A stretch of 24,000 nt of DNA from Candidatus Woesebacteria bacterium. GTDB lineage: Bacteria > Patescibacteriota > Microgenomatia > UBA8517. The DNA is taken from positions 689,773 through 713,772 of the forward strand of contig CP066693.1 of assembly GCA_016432525.1 (NCBI GenBank), given 5' to 3'. The notes under the pieces were generated by a model. The model saw only the letters and a list, made by a program, of their open reading frames with translations. It was not told the origin of the DNA and did not search any database. Made by a program: the position numbers and the translations under genes. This document shows positions 6,579 to 11,996 of this stretch, in pieces; position 1 is the first letter of the stretch, and each line of letters begins with the position of its first letter.

Positions 6579-6722
6579 ATGCACGATATCCCTGAAAAAC
6601 AAGCAAAGAAAGATTTAGAATTGATGCTCCAAAATTTAAAAATTACTGAAGAGAAGATGCAAAGGTCGCTGCCTACAAACAAAGAGCAAAAGAAACGACC
6701 GATTATCCCAAAAACAAACTAA
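6579..6722 (+). CDS. possible 47-aa basic/charged ORF immediately upstream of the Fic-ART gene
   Basis: ATG..TAA with the stop 3 nt before the Fic-ART ATG (possible coupling). No SD. Lacks the FicA antitoxin motif (S/T)xxxE(G/N). Confidence 0.3.
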   Translation: MHDIPEKQAKKDLELMLQNLKITEEKMQRSLPTNKEQKKRPIIPKTN

Positions 6723-6725
6723 ACC

Positions 6726-9137
6726 ATGGAAGACAACATCGCAGGATCCGAGACACTTACAGCAGAGCGAATTTTGAACGATGAAGAAACAGAAAACAGG
6801 CGTACGCTCTTAACAATTATTTCCTCTCAAAGAGAAGCTATTACCTCCCGCCTTTCATCTTTTCAAGAACGAGTGGTACTATCCTTAAATGATGAAAAGG
6901 CTTTAAGACACGAGTGCCGAGAATTAGAGCAACAACTTGGGATTGAGACAGAGGAACAACGCATACTTGAAGCAAGTCTGTTTATAGACATGCCCTTTTT
7001 GGAAGTATCTGCTTTGAGGAAAGACAAACACCCAGAAGAGCTGTTTGGGATTGAAGCGTGGAAGGGCTGGTTGTCTGCCAGAATTACGGCACGACAAATG
7101 GACGAGCTTTCAGTTGAGGGAATTGTTGAGCTACATACAAAATTAGCAGAAGGGATGGATATTACGGGCGGACAACTTAGAAGTAAAAGTGCAATTGGAG
7201 CAGATTACACAAATACTGGTTCTCCTATTACTTTTACAAAGAGCCAAGCCACAGCAACTGAACAAAATCCACTTTTAGGCGTTCGCTATACCGATGAAGA
7301 AAAAAAAGAGGGTTTTATTGTATATCCCACAATTGATGACCCGAAAAGTTTTGAGAAGGTGATGAGTCAATTAACCTCACTTCAGCGAACAGGTTTACGG
7401 TATGGCGCAACAAATGAAAAACTTGTAAATGTGCTACTTCAAAGCACTATTGAGTGGCACAAGGAACAAAACAATAATTTAGCGGAGGGAGATTCAAATG
7501 CCCAAACTGAACTTGCCGCAGAGCTACAACGAAGAATAGTTTCCATACACGCATTTGATGATGGCAACGGCAGATTATCAAGGCTTCTTATGATTAGAGA
7601 GCTTGAAAAACACAATGAACCACCAACCATTTTAAGGCGTGGAGAAGATGATTTATTTTTTACTCCACAAGAATGGGTGCAGGAAGTGCGAGAAGGGCAA
7701 TCAAGGTACGAACAAATGCAAGAACGAATGACAGGTTCTCGGTACGCAAAAGCCGAGGACTTTTTAGTTGGCTTACAAAAACAAGCATATTTTGACACTG
7801 TGTACCAATCTGTTTATCCACCTCCCACTTCTGATGCACCCATGAGGCACACTGAATATCGAGCTTATCTAGAGCAACTTAACGAAATATATTCGCACTT
7901 TGCAGAATACACAGAAGGGAAAACTTGGTTACGTTGGAATAACACACAAGAAATACACATGGGAGGGCTTGTTTCTCCTGATTATTCTCGAGTATGGTGC
8001 GATACTCGACCAGAAGTGCAACAGAGGTCAAGAGAACGATATTTTGACCAAGAACTCAAAGTTTTTCGAGGTGGAGCTTGTGAAGGAATAACTGACACAA
8101 AACAACTTTTATCTGTTTTTACAGAGCCAACCGGTTTCTGCGCAGGTTACCACGCTCTTTTGGAAGAAGGAGTTTCTCCAATTAGTCTTAATTCGTTACC
8201 AATTGAGCGAATACAAAGTGAACTTAACGCGTACAATACAACAGTTCTTCGTGATACTGAGGTTAACCAAGGAGAGACTCTTGTTTCAGATGAGGTTTTA
8301 AATCAAGCAATGATAAGGGAGAGTCAGGATCAGCAAATTGCGAGAAGACTGAAATTCACATCAGAAGATGAAGAAAGAAGAGCTAGTGAATTTGCAAGTG
8401 GGGGACATATGCTTTACTTATTAAAAGTGCATACAGAGGGAAAAGCTCCTGGGTTGTGGCTTTCACCTGGAGTGAGCACCTCAATAGATGAAACCGAAGC
8501 TAGAAAATTCCTTACTACTCTAAAAGACGCCGGAGCTGAAAAACGAGTTGCATTGTTTATCTCAAGTAAATTGCCCAAACAAGGTATTTTTTACTCTCCA
8601 TCTAATCGGAGTCTGCCAATTACACGAGATTTTTACCCCAATATACCGTATCAAACAATAGTTGATGAGCAAGAAGTTGTGATAATGGGTGGAATTGACA
8701 GAAGTAGCTTACAAGCAATCGCCCATCGAAATGAAAATAATCATATAGTTTTAGTTGATTTTTCTACCAAAGAAAAAAGTATTTATAGATTTAATAAAAA
8801 AGGTGAATTAAGACTCCTTAAAAATAGAGCTTTAACAGAAGATGAGATTTCTGTTTTGAAAAAGACAAACAGACAATTGGGATCAGATAGCTATGATAAC
8901 AACAATAATTACGAAGATGAGGAGAACGAACCAAGTACGACTTATGACGATGAGCCGATTGACGATAATGAAGCGGAAGAGAAATTCCTACCGGCTTATT
9001 TGTCGGCCTCAACATTAGCAAAACTACATGACTCGCACTTATTTGATGAGGATGATGATGAAGACGAAAGTGTTTATTTAGGCTCTAGTACTCTTGCTAA
9101 TCTGAAGCAGAATCTGCAAATTGTTAATAAAGAATGA
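6726..9137 (+). CDS. two-domain Fic (AMPylase-type Fido) + R-S-E ADP-ribosyltransferase protein with acidic repeat tail (803 aa)
   Basis: Fic motif HAFDDGNGRLSR at codons 275-286 (7548..7583). Candidate auto-inhibitory TKLAEG at codons 138-143. ART triad: VFRGG (R448, 8067), GVSTSIDETEARKF (S584-T-S, 8475), DEQEVVIMGG (E648-x-E650, 8667), plus a KLPKQGIFYS strand resembling VIP2/C3-type toxins. Confidence 0.75.
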   Translation: MEDNIAGSETLTAERILNDEETENRRTLLTIISSQREAITSRLSSFQERVVLSLNDEKALRHECRELEQQLGIETEEQRILEASLFIDMPFLEVSALRKDKHPEELFGIEAWKGWLSARITARQMDELSVEGIVELHTKLAEGMDITGGQLRSKSAIGADYTNTGSPITFTKSQATATEQNPLLGVRYTDEEKKEGFIVYPTIDDPKSFEKVMSQLTSLQRTGLRYGATNEKLVNVLLQSTIEWHKEQNNNLAEGDSNAQTELAAELQRRIVSIHAFDDGNGRLSRLLMIRELEKHNEPPTILRRGEDDLFFTPQEWVQEVREGQSRYEQMQERMTGSRYAKAEDFLVGLQKQAYFDTVYQSVYPPPTSDAPMRHTEYRAYLEQLNEIYSHFAEYTEGKTWLRWNNTQEIHMGGLVSPDYSRVWCDTRPEVQQRSRERYFDQELKVFRGGACEGITDTKQLLSVFTEPTGFCAGYHALLEEGVSPISLNSLPIERIQSELNAYNTTVLRDTEVNQGETLVSDEVLNQAMIRESQDQQIARRLKFTSEDEERRASEFASGGHMLYLLKVHTEGKAPGLWLSPGVSTSIDETEARKFLTTLKDAGAEKRVALFISSKLPKQGIFYSPSNRSLPITRDFYPNIPYQTIVDEQEVVIMGGIDRSSLQAIAHRNENNHIVLVDFSTKEKSIYRFNKKGELRLLKNRALTEDEISVLKKTNRQLGSDSYDNNNNYEDEENEPSTTYDDEPIDDNEAEEKFLPAYLSASTLAKLHDSHLFDEDDDEDESVYLGSSTLANLKQNLQIVNKE

Positions 9138-9155
9138 AATTTTTTAGTAAAATAA

Positions 9156-9202
9156 AACCCTCTGTTTGTGTCGATATAAAATCGTTCACTACTAAGAGGG
9201 TT
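9156..9202 (-). terminator. hairpin (aaccctct / agagggtt, 31-nt loop) between the convergent Fic-ART and 64-aa genes
   Basis: 8-bp stem. On the minus strand it is followed by the T-rich ttattttact. The loop is long, so this is weak as an intrinsic terminator. Confidence 0.3.
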
Positions 9203-9208
9203 ACGTCC

Positions 9209-9403
9209 TTAAGGAAGTGGTTTGGCTAGACCTTCGTGCTCTCGACGCATTGCCAAATTGTATTCTGCTTGCTCTTCGTGGGTGAGCTGTTCACTACGTT
9301 CTCGCTTCCCGCGAGTAAATCGAACAAAAATATCATGGTGGGTTTGACGGGTTTTTCTGACGAACTCAAGCCACTCTTCAGCAGTCTCCGGCTCTGTATT
9401 CAT
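9209..9403 (-). CDS. hypothetical small charged protein (64 aa); candidate regulator or recombination directionality factor (speculative)
   Basis: Good SD (aaggag, 8-nt spacing). Minus-strand TGATATACT box at 9441..9449. No domain recognised. Confidence 0.55.
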   Translation of the reverse strand: MNTEPETAEEWLEFVRKTRQTHHDIFVRFTRGKRERSEQLTHEEQAEYNLAMRREHEGLAKPLP

Positions 9404-9620
9404 GATAGTAACTCCTTGTTAGTGTTGGACGACTAAAAGAAGTATATCAAATTGAGGCAATAAACAAGTTTGTTTTTACGAAATAAAAATCCCCCCAGTG
9501 ATATTTGATTGTCCGTAGACGTACAAACCCTTGGAGGGATATAGAAGACAAGAGCAAGTGTGATACCGAGAAAGGCATCAATGTAAAACTGATTAACTCA
9601 GCTCACACTTGCAAAAAGAC

Positions 9621-10664
9621 CTAGTCGTCGTTCTCGTCAAACAGATGAGCATCGCGCAGCTTCTTCAGCGTGCTGGCTCCGAGGAGTGACTCGTCATCGT
9701 CTTCTTCCTTGAAAAGAAGCTCTCCCAGCTTACGCATAGGCGTGTAGCCATCAGGCTGCAAGTCCTCTGGTGAGAGGGCATACCAAGCACTTTCTTTCCC
9801 GTCAGAACGGAACGTCTTGTGCTCAGTGCCGAGACCAAAGGCTTTGTAAATCGCGGCCTTAATTGACTCAGGCAGGTTGACGTTGGAACGCCAATTCTTT
9901 TTTGCCCAAGCGAGAGCCTGCTCAGCCGTCCAGACGACGTCTTCTTCGTTCAGCCCACGATTGTAAATCGGGGTTGGACTTTGCATTCCTGCTGCACGTT
10001 CCCACGTAAAACGGGCGCCACCAGCATGGAAGCAAAAGCTAATGTTGAGACTCGTAGGAACTGAACCTTCTGCCCGATACCGCAGATTGCTGGCAATGAT
10101 TGCCGCACTCTCAGGCGAACGAGCAAAGTTATGCCCAGAGTATTCGTCCGTGCATAAAGCAGACCCGCGCGGGAAACTGTGCCAACGCTTGGCGTAGGCA
10201 ATAATCTCCACATGGGGATGCTGTTCCGCAATGCGAGTACCGATAGCCGCGAGCCAGTTCATGAACTCATGGTTCATGTCTGTACCCTCAACAACGACAC
10301 TAACAATGCGCCACTGGTCCCAATCTGTAAGGGACGCAAAAAACTCAACCACTTCGGCTGGTGTAAGCTTGACGTTTGTACTCATTTTGATTCTCACTTT
10401 CATGGATAGTCCCTTATCCAGAGCTTTCAGCTCAGGAACGGGAATCTTCAGGATAAAGCCACCATAGACCACCTCCAAAACTGCGAGGTGATTATCCCAA
10501 TCGTGGGGACGATTAGGTGCAAACTGCACTTGTACCTGATTAAGGTACTCACGCAAGATTTGCAAAATGGTGTCGTTCAGCTCACCAAAGTTCTTGGTAA
10601 GCCTTGCTGCCTGCTGAAGAATTTCAGCATTTTTTAGCAGCTGCCCCAAACTTTTCTTAGCCAT
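9621..10664 (-). CDS. hypothetical protein (347 aa) ending in the ESLLGASTLKKLRDAHLFDENDD motif
   Basis: Start chosen at ATG 10664, preceded by GGAGG (cagggaggaaataaaATG). The 94-codon upstream extension in the track has no signal. About 53% GC in spot counts. No domain recognised. Confidence 0.7.
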   Translation of the reverse strand: MAKKSLGQLLKNAEILQQAARLTKNFGELNDTILQILREYLNQVQVQFAPNRPHDWDNHLAVLEVVYGGFILKIPVPELKALDKGLSMKVRIKMSTNVKLTPAEVVEFFASLTDWDQWRIVSVVVEGTDMNHEFMNWLAAIGTRIAEQHPHVEIIAYAKRWHSFPRGSALCTDEYSGHNFARSPESAAIIASNLRYRAEGSVPTSLNISFCFHAGGARFTWERAAGMQSPTPIYNRGLNEEDVVWTAEQALAWAKKNWRSNVNLPESIKAAIYKAFGLGTEHKTFRSDGKESAWYALSPEDLQPDGYTPMRKLGELLFKEEDDDESLLGASTLKKLRDAHLFDENDD

Positions 10665-10897
10665 TTTATTTCCTCCCTGAGGTATAAGGCTAAAGTTGAA
10701 CGATTCAACACAAAACCCTGTTCTGTGTGAGCCACTCCATAGTGACTTTTTGCGCACCAAAACTGATGCCCAAAGTGCCACCATGGAATAAATGAGAATT
10801 TCTAGGTCTTTATTTTGAATGTGCAAATTTATACTTTCGTCTTGCCAAAAGCTAACTTTCGGAAGACTCATCAGTCCAGCTAAGCTGGAGAGTACGT

Positions 10898-10964
10898 GCA
10901 GGTGGAGTTGAGTTGAAAGGCAATGATGAAATCGTGATGATTTCAAAACTCAACTCGCACCTGC
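10898..10964 (-). other. long imperfect hairpin (17-bp arms, one bulge) 7 nt downstream of the 167-aa gene stop
   Basis: gcaggtggagttgagtt (10898..10914) pairs with aactcaactcgcacctgc (10947..10964). No U-tract, so function as a terminator is unproven. Confidence 0.3.
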
Positions 10965-10971
10965 GAAACGC

Positions 10972-11475
10972 CTATCGGTAGAGGTCAATCGGATACCGTT
11001 TGTAAAAAATCGGTGTACCGATTTTCCAGCCACCGATGTTGAAACCGGCCTCAGCCAATCTCGCTAAGGCTTCTCCCAGCAGAGACTTGTTGTCCCCGCT
11101 GATGACCATTTTAAACCCTTTGTTCCCGTATTCTTCATACGAGAGGGTTAGGTCATTCGAGACCGCCTCAACGATTGAGGTGATCTCGTTCCAGTTAGCC
11201 ATTCTGCGGCTAAGGCCTTCGTGAACCAGTCCTGGATTTTCAGCGCTCAGCGCTTCAAACCCTTTCAAGGTTAGGCCGTAAAACCAGCCAGCGCCGACTA
11301 CAGCAAATCCTTGGTCGACAAGCACGGTGGCTTGTTGCACCTTCTCAGGTGGCCACCAAGCAGGCAACGGCTTGTTTGCATCATGCAGACGATTGAGCAT
11401 ATTGCTCGACGCCTGAAACGCAACCGCCGTACCTGTGGTGCGGCCCAACAATTCTAACCCAAATTTGTTAGCCAT
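10972..11475 (-). CDS. hypothetical protein (167 aa)
   Basis: Strong SD (taaggaggattaaaATG). GC-rich codon usage like the 347-aa neighbour. No domain recognised. Confidence 0.7.
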   Translation of the reverse strand: MANKFGLELLGRTTGTAVAFQASSNMLNRLHDANKPLPAWWPPEKVQQATVLVDQGFAVVGAGWFYGLTLKGFEALSAENPGLVHEGLSRRMANWNEITSIVEAVSNDLTLSYEEYGNKGFKMVISGDNKSLLGEALARLAEAGFNIGGWKIGTPIFYKRYPIDLYR

Positions 11476-11632
11476 TTTAATCCTCCTTAAGGACTCAGGG
11501 CTGGCAGCCCGCTGATGGTCATTCTAAATGAATGCCAGTTTAGCCTCAAACTCTAATTAAAGCTAAATTAGCATCCACTAGCTTTATTAGGTCTTTGTTT
11601 AAATGTGCAGATAGAAGGTAATTTATGGTGCT

Positions 11633-11661
11633 ATAGTAGCATGAATGAAGCTAAAAGTCAA
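11633..11661 (-). promoter_or_regulatory. sigma70-type promoter TTGACT-N17-TACTAT for the 167-aa gene, leaving a ~150-nt leader
   Basis: Hexamers and 17-nt spacer read directly on the minus strand. Confidence 0.5.
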
Positions 11662-11748
11662 GAACTATAGGGAATATGACGAATAATTTTTGCTTTTTTC
11701 TTTTTAGGGAACGAGCCAACTTTTTTGACCCACTTCAGCGCTTCGCGT

Positions 11749-11934
11749 CGAGTGGTAGAAATAACGTGGCGGCTTGGTGGCGTTCAAGCCGCCACTCCGC
11801 ATTGAGACTGAAAGTAAGTTCGAATGGTATAATATGTAGAGCACAGCAAGGGAGCCGAGGGCTCATCGCAGGCTGCGATTGGCCGCGCAGCCAGCGAAAT
11901 ATGTGGATTGTTTGGGGAAAAGTGGATACGTTTA
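11749..11934 (-). repeat. internal inverted copy of the predicted excision junction (arm X + core + arm Y), 186 bp
   Basis: 11749..11846 is the exact reverse complement of 6051..6148 (98/98). 11841..11934 is the exact reverse complement of 13427..13520 (94/94). The two share the core gcacag at 11841..11846. Confidence 0.95.
11825..11833 (+). promoter_or_regulatory. TGGTATAAT extended -10 box within the inverted Y arm, oriented toward the recombinase gene
   Basis: Same box as 6064..6072 (there on the minus strand, facing tRNA-Val). Matches the host tRNA promoter style TATAATATG. Confidence 0.45.
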
Positions 11935-11996
11935 GGATAAGGATAGAAAAAAGAAAATCGCAAAAATTATATGTTTCAGAAATGTTATTCTGAAAC

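Noticed and set aside
6579-6722. The 47-aa ORF as a FicA-type antitoxin
   Set aside because: It lacks the (S/T)xxxE(G/N) inhibitory motif. A matching motif (TKLAEG) is instead present inside the Fic protein itself. The ORF is kept only as a low-confidence feature.
7439-9021. Short ORFs inside or antisense to the Fic-ART gene (7439..7798 -, 7900..8091 +, 8818..9021 -)
   Set aside because: Nested in a long, motif-bearing ORF. No start signals. Low-complexity or Cys-rich antisense-type translations.
9236-9436. 66-aa plus-strand ORF
   Set aside because: Antisense to the 64-aa gene, which has the SD and promoter. No signals of its own.
9950-10467. ORFs 9950..10231 (-), 10179..10409 (+) and 10231..10467 (+)
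   Set aside because: Nested within or antisense to the 347-aa gene. This is typical of spurious frames in GC-richer DNA.
10665-10946. 94-codon upstream extension of the 347-aa cargo ORF
   Set aside because: A strong GGAGG SD precedes the internal ATG at 10664. The extension covers the leader with the conserved box and a candidate promoter, and its composition is non-coding-like.
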